Source: a virus (lineage: Duplodnaviria; Caudoviricetes). From it: 30,408 nt of DNA. This document shows positions 5,951 through 14,971 of the stretch, piece by piece (position 1 is the first letter of the stretch; each line of letters opens with the position of its first letter). Below the pieces are notes generated by a model that did no database searches, had not been told where the DNA came from, and worked only from the letters and a program-made list of their open reading frames with translations. The stretch lies in IMG/VR virus record IMGVR_UViG_3300038674_000481, positions 1 through 30,408 of that record; one strand, 5' to 3'. A program made the translations under genes and the position numbers.

Positions 5951-8649
5951 TATACCGCCCTAGCTTTTACCGATACCTTTGCTGCCTTTGCTACCGTTTT
6001 CGTAACTGTGGTCATGTCTGCTGCTTTGTTGTTGATTGTGACTATTACTTTTTTCACAGGATCTGCATTGGACACCGGAGCAACAGACTGCTTTGAACTC
6101 AATGCTCGTACTATAGGAGAGATTACAGCCGCATTCCAATTGTACTGCTTGGGGATAGCAACTTCTCCTTTTTCCATCCAGTGGTAACCAGTATATCCTG
6201 CTACTCCGCCCGTGGCATGGGCTTCCACTATACGGACACCACTTTCTCCCGTGCCATTGCTGCCTTGTCTTTTGATCCCGCTTGATGAACTGCTAGATGA
6301 ACTAGATGTAGATCTAAGTTGTCCGGTGAGTATATTGTACTGGCTCACCGCCTGTCTAATCTCAGAGGCTGTATACTGTACCCGAGATAGTTGAGATTGT
6401 AAAGCCGATACTGCGGCTGCTCCGGCGCTAGTAGCGGCTGCGGCCAAAGATGGCCCTGAACTGCGTATTGAACTGGCCACGCTACCCATTATGGTAGATA
6501 CATTTGAAGGTATAGGACGGAATCCACTTAGCAACGAATTTGAGGATCCTATCCCTATTTTCAAAGCTGCAGCTGCTGCCGGGGATATCGTAGCATTGAT
6601 GGGAGCAGTGACTGCTGCAGGGAACCTTCCCATGCTTTGCGTGGTTTTACCTGGTATTGTACTGATTGGAACTGTGATCCTGTCTACTACATTAATAGCG
6701 GCTGCGTTTCCTTGTGTCCCGGCCATCCGTACGGGATTGGATACTACTGTGGGGAATGCACCCAGAGATGAACCCACCAATTGAGGTATTCCTCCGAACG
6801 GAGTAGATATATGAGTAGTAGATTCTTTTGCGGCGGCTGTTCCTTTTGCGTCCACGATTTTTACAACATGCTCAACAGCTGCAGGAAGTGGGTCTAGGTT
6901 CCGTGAAGCTTGCCCGGGCAATGTCTCGTATGGCTGACTTACGTGAAGTACAGAATCCTTGGCTGCTTGAGTGGCTTTTGTATCGGCTTCTTTCACGGCT
7001 GAAAATACCGTTCCGGGGAGATTATCCAGGCCAGCATCTACTAGCATCGGAAGTTTGGTGTACTCTCCGGCTATGCCAGCTACCGAAGATTTTGCAGCTG
7101 CTATACCATCATTGCCAGACTCAGTAATAGTTCCTGATAATATGCCCGGAAAACCATCCAACTCCGATGATACACTTCCTGGGAAATCTCCGTATACACT
7201 AGCTATATCTGAAACTGACTTCTTGGCGGCACTCACAGCCTCAGTGTTAGCAGTGTCTATTTGGCCAGACACTGCACCGGGGAAACCGGCCATTGCATCT
7301 TCTGCTTCGGCTGGCACTCTTGCTAGTTCAGCACGGATCCCATCCGCCATATCAGATGCACCCGGGACAACAAGCCCGAGAGTATCAAGGACATCTGCCA
7401 TAGTAGACAGCATCGATCTCCTGAATGAGTCAAGAGCCTGTATAGCCCATGCAATTCCGTCTATAAATCCGAGTAATCCAGTGACTACAAACCCTACAGC
7501 AGCGCCTAGTCCTTTGTATACTCCGATGTCTGATAGCAATCGATGGAAATCAGTGAATCCATTAATGAGAGTTGTCACCGCGTTTTCTACTCTATCTAAT
7601 CCCCCGCGACCCACAAATTCTTGAATCGCATCATACGCTGATCCCCATACGTCTATAAAACCTTGCATTGTTTCGTCAGCAAAATCTTCGATGGCTTTGA
7701 AGCCACCACTATCGCCCAAATCTTCGAACACGTCGATTGCATCAAAGACAAGGTCTGTAACCCATGCCACTGCATCAGCCAATTCCTGGAAGATCCAGAC
7801 TAGCCGTTCGCTACCACCGTTACTCATCATGTCAGTTACGCGCTTAAGGACACCTGCCATCTTTTCCATTGCGCCCTTTCCGGCTTCTGCCATCATGTCC
7901 TTGATCTGGCCAGATAATTTCTTAAGCTGTGACTGATATGAGTCTGCTTCTCTGGCAGCCTGCCCCTGTGCATCAGCAGTGCCTTTCATCAGGATGTTGA
8001 GTCTTGCCTGTACCTTCTGGGCTTCGGTTGCGTTCTTGGCTCCTTCTTCTCCAAGAGTGTTAATGAGCTCTTGTTTGATAGCATTCTCAGAAGCCACTAC
8101 ACCCCATTCTCTCCAGTTCTCGGTGTTGCCTACTAGACCAGAGGTGATCTTTTCCATTACATCCGAGTCTGCCTGGTCATAGAATGCTCCAAGATCTACT
8201 CCGGTTTGAACGAGCTGCTGACTCATCTTTGCAGCTTCTTCCCGGGAATACCCCATAGGGACAAGCGTGTCCTGAATAGAAGAAGCCCAGGCCATTACGT
8301 CAATGCGTGACCTACCAGCGGCAGCACTGTATTGATCGGCCCATTGCTGAGTGCCAGCAGCATACTCTTTGAAAACGGTGTTGAATTTCTGTGTCGTGGC
8401 ATCTGCATCAGCAGCAACTCCTATTATTTTTAGCCCAGCTGCACCTATTGCAAGAGCTGCAGCTCCGGCGGCTGCACCAATCGCCTGCCATGAAGGGATG
8501 AGATTCTTGAGGTGACTGTTGCTCTTCTGCCCCATGTTTCCGGTCTCATCACCTACTCCCTTTACAGCAGCCTGTGCTTCTGCCATCTGTGCCTTAAGGT
8601 TCCCCATCTCTACCTTGATCTGAACAACCAGCTCTTCGAGTGTTGCCAT
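5950..8649 (-). CDS. tail tape measure protein
   Basis: 899 aa, Ala/Gly-rich and helical; TMP-like N-terminal domain; regular repeats; C-terminal HATGG..EKGEVAIP motif. Confidence 0.9.
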   Translation of the reverse strand: MATLEELVVQIKVEMGNLKAQMAEAQAAVKGVGDETGNMGQKSNSHLKNLIPSWQAIGAAAGAAALAIGAAGLKIIGVAADADATTQKFNTVFKEYAAGTQQWADQYSAAAGRSRIDVMAWASSIQDTLVPMGYSREEAAKMSQQLVQTGVDLGAFYDQADSDVMEKITSGLVGNTENWREWGVVASENAIKQELINTLGEEGAKNATEAQKVQARLNILMKGTADAQGQAAREADSYQSQLKKLSGQIKDMMAEAGKGAMEKMAGVLKRVTDMMSNGGSERLVWIFQELADAVAWVTDLVFDAIDVFEDLGDSGGFKAIEDFADETMQGFIDVWGSAYDAIQEFVGRGGLDRVENAVTTLINGFTDFHRLLSDIGVYKGLGAAVGFVVTGLLGFIDGIAWAIQALDSFRRSMLSTMADVLDTLGLVVPGASDMADGIRAELARVPAEAEDAMAGFPGAVSGQIDTANTEAVSAAKKSVSDIASVYGDFPGSVSSELDGFPGILSGTITESGNDGIAAAKSSVAGIAGEYTKLPMLVDAGLDNLPGTVFSAVKEADTKATQAAKDSVLHVSQPYETLPGQASRNLDPLPAAVEHVVKIVDAKGTAAAKESTTHISTPFGGIPQLVGSSLGAFPTVVSNPVRMAGTQGNAAAINVVDRITVPISTIPGKTTQSMGRFPAAVTAPINATISPAAAAALKIGIGSSNSLLSGFRPIPSNVSTIMGSVASSIRSSGPSLAAAATSAGAAAVSALQSQLSRVQYTASEIRQAVSQYNILTGQLRSTSSSSSSSSSGIKRQGSNGTGESGVRIVEAHATGGVAGYTGYHWMEKGEVAIPKQYNWNAAVISPIVRALSSKQSVAPVSNADPVKKVIVTINNKAADMTTVTKTVAKAAKVSVKARAV
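6571..7230 (-). repeat. five tandem 44-aa (4x11) repeats in the tape measure protein
   Basis: AAKKSV.., AAKSSV.., AAKDSV.., AAKEST.., AAINVV.. spaced exactly 132 nt apart, with conserved Pro positions. Confidence 0.8.
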
Positions 8650-8834
8650 TATATATCCCCCCAGAGAGTGATCATTTTCAGTGGATGGTCCGGGTTTCTA
8701 TCGCCATAAAATAAGGTGTACCTGGAATTACCCAACATTGAGATCTTCGTGATAGCTACGCTGAAGAATCTATTCTTGTGTTTGAGCAGGATCTTGCACG
8801 AAACCGGAATTTCAAGCGAGCTGATAGTTGCCAT
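8649..8834 (-). CDS. 61-aa hypothetical protein
   Basis: Coupled by TAATG overlaps on both sides; GAGGT RBS. Confidence 0.5.
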   Translation of the reverse strand: MATISSLEIPVSCKILLKHKNRFFSVAITKISMLGNSRYTLFYGDRNPDHPLKMITLWGDI

Positions 8835-9931
8835 TACCTCATCACCACACTTCTTCTCAAATTTGAAATCATCAAAACATCCTTGGCTTGCTGTGCTTGC
8901 GTGCCTGCATCGTCGTGATATATCCAGTGATGGCCCGAACTGATCACATTCGACGCAATCGAAAAAGAGACATTGCCAGCCACATACAGACTTGTACCTA
9001 GCGTGAGGTAGTTTGTACCAGTAGAAGTGCTCTGGTTGGCTGGAGTAAGGCTCGTGCAGGCCATGTTGGAAGGAGAATATACATATGGCACTCTTCCCCT
9101 TTCAACTTCAACCATAAGGCCGGAGTTAGTTTTTGCGGAGATCCTGTCCGGGGTGCAGCATGTGAGCCACCATCTTGAAAATGTACCGCATGTGAACTCA
9201 TCAATTTTCACATAAGCAGATCCGTTCCAGTAGTAGATAGATAGAGTATTGGCTGAAAGAACTATTTTGTACAGCCCGTTAGATATCGCAAGATTACCGC
9301 TAAAATAATGAGAGCCAAGATACACTTGTGTAGTTCCATCATAGCACCGCACTTCTCCATTAGCAGAATCATTTCCGGCAAGATCGAATGATACATTAGT
9401 ACTGTTGCACCTAACTAATGTGATAGTTCCATCCTCTGTAGAAACATCAGATGATACTCCATCGCCTCCGGAATATACTGCACTCTTCGGTACAGCAACC
9501 CATAGATTGCCGGATGCAATGCTTAGGGTGTTGGCCATCTGTACAGGCCTACAGTTGAATTTGAGAGTGTACCGGGCAGCATCATACCAGGCACCTTCTC
9601 CGGAGTATGGCCAGAGTTGACCATTGTTAGGAGAGGGAGACACAGAGGATATTGAAAGAAATCCTTTCTTGCCTCTGACTGAATTAATGTAGTTGTAGCC
9701 TACATTCCTTTCAGCCATTGCACTAAGATCCTCTGCACGATACAGCAAGGATCTTGTGCTTCCATATGTTTGTAATAACTTACCACCAAAGGTCACGCTG
9801 GGGATATCCGGCGTAAATTCAGCAGGCTTGAATCCAGAGTCGCCTAATCCTGCTAGATGTTTTGTGTTCTTCCTGGTATTGTTGAATTCAAATGAGTTCA
9901 TTGCTGGCAGAACTATGTCCCCTATTTGCAT
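8834..9931 (-). CDS. putative tail structural protein
   Basis: 365 aa, beta-rich, within the tail operon. Confidence 0.55.
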   Translation of the reverse strand: MQIGDIVLPAMNSFEFNNTRKNTKHLAGLGDSGFKPAEFTPDIPSVTFGGKLLQTYGSTRSLLYRAEDLSAMAERNVGYNYINSVRGKKGFLSISSVSPSPNNGQLWPYSGEGAWYDAARYTLKFNCRPVQMANTLSIASGNLWVAVPKSAVYSGGDGVSSDVSTEDGTITLVRCNSTNVSFDLAGNDSANGEVRCYDGTTQVYLGSHYFSGNLAISNGLYKIVLSANTLSIYYWNGSAYVKIDEFTCGTFSRWWLTCCTPDRISAKTNSGLMVEVERGRVPYVYSPSNMACTSLTPANQSTSTGTNYLTLGTSLYVAGNVSFSIASNVISSGHHWIYHDDAGTQAQQAKDVLMISNLRRSVVMR

Positions 9932-10215
9932 GCCTGGTCTATCCTTTGGTAATGATCTATTCTCCTTTTGATTGCCATGTGTTGGATTACGAGTTCGAAT
10001 GGCTCATTTAGAAGCTCTTGATAGGTGCATCCCATTGCCTCCTTCATGCAGTAGATAGAGATGGGAGCAAAGTTTAATTCCTTGCCCTGGCACCAGCCAT
10101 TTACTTCTTTGAAGAACTTCCTGTAATTCCAGAACACATCTCTTACTCTACGCTTGTTTCCTGCTTTTCCTCGTCTGGAGGGGTGGATGTATCTATCTTC
10201 AATCGTTCTAAAAAA
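9922..10215 (-). CDS. -1 frameshift extension of the tail assembly chaperone (lambda gpGT-like)
   Basis: Overlapping -1 frame ORF, entered at the in-phase heptamer T TTT TTA (10215-10209). Confidence 0.6.
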   Translation of the reverse strand, partial: FFRTIEDRYIHPSRRGKAGNKRRVRDVFWNYRKFFKEVNGWCQGKELNFAPISIYCMKEAMGCTYQELLNEPFELVIQHMAIKRRIDHYQRIDQACK

Positions 10216-10559
10216 TCGTCTACACTCTCGGCTTTTATGATTGCTTTGCACTCCTGCTTCAGCTTCTCATAATCCTCATATGCCAGCTTGTCCTGGAGCC
10301 TGACAACTTCTCTATAAGAAAGATTGGTACAGAGCATTACAAGCCGCACACCTTCCATGCGCTTCTTGAAAATGGTAAACTTGGCCAAGAGTTCCGGATG
10401 TTCTCCAAGGAACTCCTCCATAGCCACATCGTACTCTTTGCTCTTGTCCAGCTTTCCTATCGGAATGTTTGAGAGATACCATTCATCAGAGAGGTCTTCT
10501 ACTCTCTGCACAGCTCCACAGGTGGGTCTTTCAAAAAGCTCTACGCCTTTGAATTTCAT
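10143..10559 (-). CDS. tail assembly chaperone
   Basis: Acidic helical 138 aa directly after the tail tube; AGGTGA RBS. Confidence 0.65.
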   Translation of the reverse strand: MKFKGVELFERPTCGAVQRVEDLSDEWYLSNIPIGKLDKSKEYDVAMEEFLGEHPELLAKFTIFKKRMEGVRLVMLCTNLSYREVVRLQDKLAYEDYEKLKQECKAIIKAESVDDFLERLKIDTSTPPDEEKQETSVE

Positions 10560-10569
10560 TCAATCACCT

Positions 10570-11493
10570 TCACGCAATTGCTAGCCTTGCAGCTCCACCA
10601 GCAGCCTGCAGTGTGGTCCCGATTACATCTTCAGGATTGAGAGTAATGTCTCCACTGTTCGCCCATTTGATACCGGACCATGTCCATGTTTTGCCATCGA
10701 GAGTATATGCCATGGTGTGATTTGCAGCTGCAAGTATATCGTCCTGCAGACCCATGTCGTCCAGGAACGTTGCATCCAATTCAAGGATATATTCACGAGG
10801 ACCGAATGACCAGTTTCCTATTTTTGAGTTGCGAGAGCTGGAAGCATCGATCACGGGTTCCACTTTGTTTTTCACCCCAAACTTGAGTGATGGAGCCATT
10901 ATGTCGGAAGCAGACAATGCTACAGAGTCATAAGTGAATGCTGATAGGCTTGCCATGGTAAGAACATCAGCTGAACTTACTGCTGCACCATGGGAACCAG
11001 TTCCCTTATAGTCCGCACCCCATGCAGATTTTGATACAGCCATTCCAGATACTGATAGCTCAGCGGCCTTCTCATTATCAGGAATGTCAAGTACCCATTC
11101 AGTAATTACATTTCCCAGAAGAGTACAGAACTGGCTACCTGCCATCAGACCAATCGAAAATGGAAGCATTGTATTTCCGGGCGTAAATGTCGATGTGGTA
11201 GCTGCAAGAAGTGCCTGTGGCAGCATGCCATATGCATCTGTGCATTTCACTTTGAAATCCCATTCTATCTTCTCTGTGGTCTTCGTGGCCACTCCACAAC
11301 TGAGTGGATCTGTATCTGTTGCTCCTTTGAGGCAATTATATTCATCGAGTACTGGAGAGGATTTCAGATTGAACTCCAATAGTACTCCTGGTAATGCCTG
11401 CATTGCTGGGTTTGTTGGTAGTGTTCCAAAAGTCGTTTCGGGTATCCATTCTGCCCACTTAATTTTTCTTGAATCCATTGGGTCGTCTGCCAT
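10570..11493 (-). CDS. major tail tube protein
   Basis: N-terminal ETTFGTLP motif; size and position typical of siphovirus tube proteins. Confidence 0.75.
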   Translation of the reverse strand: MADDPMDSRKIKWAEWIPETTFGTLPTNPAMQALPGVLLEFNLKSSPVLDEYNCLKGATDTDPLSCGVATKTTEKIEWDFKVKCTDAYGMLPQALLAATTSTFTPGNTMLPFSIGLMAGSQFCTLLGNVITEWVLDIPDNEKAAELSVSGMAVSKSAWGADYKGTGSHGAAVSSADVLTMASLSAFTYDSVALSASDIMAPSLKFGVKNKVEPVIDASSSRNSKIGNWSFGPREYILELDATFLDDMGLQDDILAAANHTMAYTLDGKTWTWSGIKWANSGDITLNPEDVIGTTLQAAGGAARLAIA

Positions 11494-11505
11494 AGTGTAG
11501 TCTCC

Positions 11506-11946
11506 TTATGAGTGGTATAGTGTCACGGTCAATACGTAATCGAATACTTCTGCATCGTATCCGAGGAATCCCACGCTACCAATATCTGAACGTGGGTCAA
11601 AAATGCGAACATCTCCGGTTAGCGGCGTAGTCCATCCGGAAATAGTTGTGTGAATAGCCTGTGCAAAAGCTTCTGCAATTCTAGCCCCTGAATCCTTGCC
11701 TGTCTGTTGAGCAACAAGGATATGGATAGTGAGAGTACAGGAATAGTAGAGTATCCCATCCGTGAGATCTTCTATATCGGGATGATATCCATCGTTAGAA
11801 ATGTTGCATGTTATTGTGGGATATGAAGATATTTTTTGATTAGACCAGAGTTTAGATGCCGAGTATGTGTTGCTCCCTATTGTAACTGAACTTGGGATAG
11901 TTACCTTGATTAATTGTTTCTGAGCATCACTTATTACCTTGGACAT
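11506..11946 (-). CDS. putative tail terminator protein
   Basis: YPTIT..., LTIHIL..., position just before the tail tube; start placed at MSKVISD. Confidence 0.6.
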   Translation of the reverse strand: MSKVISDAQKQLIKVTIPSSVTIGSNTYSASKLWSNQKISSYPTITCNISNDGYHPDIEDLTDGILYYSCTLTIHILVAQQTGKDSGARIAEAFAQAIHTTISGWTTPLTGDVRIFDPRSDIGSVGFLGYDAEVFDYVLTVTLYHS

Positions 11947-12006
11947 CTGGGTACTCCACGATGAAAGAGACGCGGGGCTTCCGCTTAAGTGGAGATTTGA
12001 AAGAGA

Positions 12007-12025
12007 GTATATAAGGAAAAGTTGA
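12007..12025 (-). promoter_or_regulatory. putative late promoter TCAACTTT-TCC-TTATATAC
   Basis: Shared motif with fixed spacing; upstream of the tail operon. Confidence 0.6.
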
Positions 12026-12164
12026 ACCAACCATTGCTAAATTATACTATGAAAGCATAGTTAAGTCGTTGAAGAAGTAGATGTAGCGTGTCGGTGATAT
12101 AACCGCTATCGCTCTTAGAGCTTCGGGGATCTGGAACATCCCCGGTGGCTCTCAATGATTGTGA

Positions 12165-12569
12165 TTATGATTTTTTTCCAGTCAGTATTTTGATTACGCC
12201 AGCCTCATTCTCCTTGAGTGCTGGTCTTTCAAATGATCTTGCCGGGATGTTCTTTGAAGGAGCTCCTAGTTCGTGGACTGCGGCTATTTCTGCCCTGGAT
12301 CCGAATACACCTATTTTTACTGTGTCCTTGCCTTCCATCTTGTGAGTTACCTGGCTAATGAGTTCACCGGTGTCAATAAGCGGGGTACTGCTTCCTTTTG
12401 CAGCAATTGTTGCAGGTTTCAGTCCCGGACTCAGACCAGAGGTTATTTTGTCAACCATCTTCCCTGCTATATATTCCCCTGCCTGCTCGAGCTTGAGTAC
12501 AATATCCTCCTCAATCTTAGTTCCAAACTTGCCAATGTTCCTGGCAACATCGTCAGCATTTGATGGCAT
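12165..12569 (-). CDS. tail completion/neck protein (virion morphogenesis family)
   Basis: LKPATIAAKGSSTPLIDTGEL and AAVHELG..IPARSF motifs; start placed at MPSNADD. Confidence 0.8.
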   Translation of the reverse strand: MPSNADDVARNIGKFGTKIEEDIVLKLEQAGEYIAGKMVDKITSGLSPGLKPATIAAKGSSTPLIDTGELISQVTHKMEGKDTVKIGVFGSRAEIAAVHELGAPSKNIPARSFERPALKENEAGVIKILTGKKS

Positions 12570-13419
12570 GTTTTGACATCTCCGATTGATGTATATTTCT
12601 GCATGCATTGGAGCAATATAACAAAGACACATGGCCATATTTCTCAGGGAATACACCAATACATTCCTTGTACTGTGTCTTTGTGACTCTGATTTCTTTA
12701 TTACACCTTGGATTGGAACACGGGATTTGGATTGTATCGAGATTCAGATGGATAGATCTGTCTTCTTCTATCGGTACATCTTCTTCCCATACCCTATCAA
12801 TAGCATGCTTGCCCTTCATACCCTTGCGAATATTAGACACTGCTGCCTGTTGTTCGTTCCGTGGAAGGGTTGCCAGCCTCAGTACATCGGACTTGGTGAT
12901 CTGGACATCACCCGACAAGATCTTATCTCTAATGTCCTTCCCACAGTTAGTAGCTATAGAATCGACTGCGATAGCAAACTGTTCTGCACGCTGTACCGTT
13001 TTACCATTGACACGGAATTGTTCGCCTATTTGTTCGCTTTTGCTCGATTGGACATTTTGTCCTTTCGATGACGCATCACGATTTATGTTTTTAACACGGT
13101 CTGATTTTTGTTCATGGTACATCTTCCCCATCAAATAATCTCGCTGTTCAGAAGTGACATTTCTCCGGGCCAATTGGTTTCTGATCATGAAGTTTTTTGC
13201 TTCTTCCCGGGTGGAGAAATCCATTTCGTGGACTTCAAAGGAGATACCTAATTCTTTGCAGATCTTGTACCGATTGTGACCATCCACGATGATACCACGC
13301 CAGATATCAAGAGGCTGAGTACATCCATACTGCCGGATGTTTTCTTTTAGACCTGCATACTCGTCCTCTCGTAGAGGCATTATCCAGCTCTTGAATTCCG
13401 GATCAATCAACAATTCCAT
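12553..13419 (-). CDS. ParB/Srx-like N-terminal domain protein with C-terminal Cys cluster
   Basis: IDPEF..PL...EY..LKENI...G...P...IVDGHNRYKIC; NQLARRN; CSNPRC...CSNAC. Confidence 0.8.
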   Translation of the reverse strand: MELLIDPEFKSWIMPLREDEYAGLKENIRQYGCTQPLDIWRGIIVDGHNRYKICKELGISFEVHEMDFSTREEAKNFMIRNQLARRNVTSEQRDYLMGKMYHEQKSDRVKNINRDASSKGQNVQSSKSEQIGEQFRVNGKTVQRAEQFAIAVDSIATNCGKDIRDKILSGDVQITKSDVLRLATLPRNEQQAAVSNIRKGMKGKHAIDRVWEEDVPIEEDRSIHLNLDTIQIPCSNPRCNKEIRVTKTQYKECIGVFPEKYGHVSLLYCSNACRNIHQSEMSKHAIKC

Positions 13420-13600
13420 TCAGATATGCCTCCGGTTTAATATTAGCTATTGTGAAATTTAGTAGCTTATCGTCTTTTGAAACTTTGCAAAAAGAAACTA
13501 TGTTGGCATGGAAGAAAAGAGGCTCACGATGCACATCACATGTGTTTCTAGTGGGGCAGACTGCAGTACACGGAGCCTCCGTTTCAGGGCACAAATACAT
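13403..13600 (-). CDS. 65-aa Cys-rich hypothetical protein
   Basis: TATA-like CTATATAAT about 22 nt upstream; overlaps the start of the ParB-like gene. Confidence 0.45.
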   Translation of the reverse strand: MYLCPETEAPCTAVCPTRNTCDVHREPLFFHANIVSFCKVSKDDKLLNFTIANIKPEAYLNGIVD

Positions 13601-13636
13601 AATAATGTGTATGTGTCCAATATTATATAGTAGTTA

Positions 13637-14014
13637 CTATACATTTTTTGTAAGACTAATATAAAAGAAACGTCGATGACTACCCATACGCTTCATCAGG
13701 TTTGTGGATCCTAACTCTTTGCCCACATACCACATTGTAGTGGATCCGCTTGAATCAGTTACTTTGATCTTATCTCCGTTCTTGATTGCTACCGATGCTT
13801 CTACAGCTAGTTTCATTCCCCCGGTTTCTTTCACTGAATCTGGCAAAAACTGCAGCTCTTTTTCAGTAAGAACTCCTATGTGTCCATTGAAAGTAGCTGA
13901 TGCATCAGAAGGAGGTACCCATACTCCGGATGAGTTGTGATAGCCCTCGGTAACTACGTATTTTGTGAGAGTATATGGATGATCAAATATGCTGAATGCA
14001 CTCATAAAAATCAT
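13637..14014 (-). CDS. putative head closure (head-tail joining) protein
   Basis: Size, beta-rich pattern (GYHNSSGVWVP; IKNGDKIKV) and position. Confidence 0.6.
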   Translation of the reverse strand: MIFMSAFSIFDHPYTLTKYVVTEGYHNSSGVWVPPSDASATFNGHIGVLTEKELQFLPDSVKETGGMKLAVEASVAIKNGDKIKVTDSSGSTTMWYVGKELGSTNLMKRMGSHRRFFYISLTKNV

Positions 14015-14301
14015 CTCCGAAAAAAATATGATAGGACTGCAAGAGATAGAGACACTACTGCAGAAACTCCTCCGGCCAACCAGATGGCTATTCTGCGCTC
14101 CTTGGTAAGATCATTTGCGAACTGTGTGAGAGCGTCAATTTTCTGATCCCTTTCTATGTTCTCTCGTTCGATACACTCTATCCTTATATTTTGATTACGA
14201 GTATCAGAACGCATACCTCCTATCTCGGTAAGGATTGTTCCGACCTTATCATTAATTTGGAGAAGCAGGTCATGTTCTGGCATTTCGTCCTCACATTTCA
14301 C
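14011..14301 (-). CDS. coiled-coil protein with C-terminal transmembrane helix (XhlA/holin-like)
   Basis: IAIWLAGGVSAVVSLSLAVLSYFF hydrophobic tail. Confidence 0.55.
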   Translation of the reverse strand: MKCEDEMPEHDLLLQINDKVGTILTEIGGMRSDTRNQNIRIECIERENIERDQKIDALTQFANDLTKERRIAIWLAGGVSAVVSLSLAVLSYFFRR

Positions 14302-14536
14302 TGTTCCACTTTTTCTTCACATAGTCTGTGATCAGGATCATGGTGACCGCCGTATACTCTTGAGGTATGGCCTTCTGTTCCCATGCCATTACGATATATC
14401 CAAGCACCACAAGGATTACCACAATCTCATCTACGATAGAATTGATGAGACTTCCCAGGCCACTCATGAAACCCGTGTCTTGCTTCAGTACAATTGGTTC
14501 TAATTCACCTGCCATCATTTGCCCTCTTAGACTCAT
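14291..14536 (-). CDS. small two-TM membrane protein, holin candidate
   Basis: Two hydrophobic segments and a basic C-terminus. Confidence 0.5.
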   Translation of the reverse strand: MSLRGQMMAGELEPIVLKQDTGFMSGLGSLINSIVDEIVVILVVLGYIVMAWEQKAIPQEYTAVTMILITDYVKKKWNSEM

Positions 14537-14967
14537 TCTGATATTTTTTGATCAATAGCTAGACTAACCTCTATTGTGCTCTGTTTCCCGGCAGTATCAG
14601 AAACTTCTACGGCCTCTTTGATTACAACTGCTTCTGCAGACTTAGCACGGGCCTCGTACATTGCGGCCACATGGACGGCTGCGTCTTTGATTACAATTTT
14701 TGTACCCTTTGCAAAGTTCAGGATCTCTTCGGTGTTACTTGCAATATATGCATCAATACTTTCAATGGTGTCAAGGACAGTCTCGCCGCTTAAATATGGG
14801 ATTGTCCACCACAATGCAGCTTCTTCATACTGCCAGATTATTTGTTCTCCGGACTCATCTACCCGGGTGATTTGTTTGATATCCCAACGACACAAGAGCC
14901 GAACTCGGCCCCCTCCTACTTTGTCAATACTGATTTCTATAGGCTGTACTGTAGATTCAACTACCAT
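14533..14967 (-). CDS. hypothetical protein, possible fibre-associated chaperone
   Basis: Directly downstream of the Mtd-like gene; GAGGTGA RBS. Confidence 0.5.
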   Translation of the reverse strand: MVVESTVQPIEISIDKVGGGRVRLLCRWDIKQITRVDESGEQIIWQYEEAALWWTIPYLSGETVLDTIESIDAYIASNTEEILNFAKGTKIVIKDAAVHVAAMYEARAKSAEAVVIKEAVEVSDTAGKQSTIEVSLAIDQKISE

Positions 14968-14971
14968 GTGA

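Noticed and set aside
6280-6315. Short GATGAACT/CTAGATG repeats
   Set aside because: They encode the poly-Ser linker of the tape measure protein; low complexity only
6212-8182. Long plus-strand ORFs opposite the tape measure (and similar ones opposite portal, capsid and beta-helix genes)
   Set aside because: Antisense shadows of codon-biased genes, with no RBS or motifs
12084-12160. Fluoride riboswitch or SECIS element
   Set aside because: Only short word matches; required pseudoknot or loop geometry and gene context are missing
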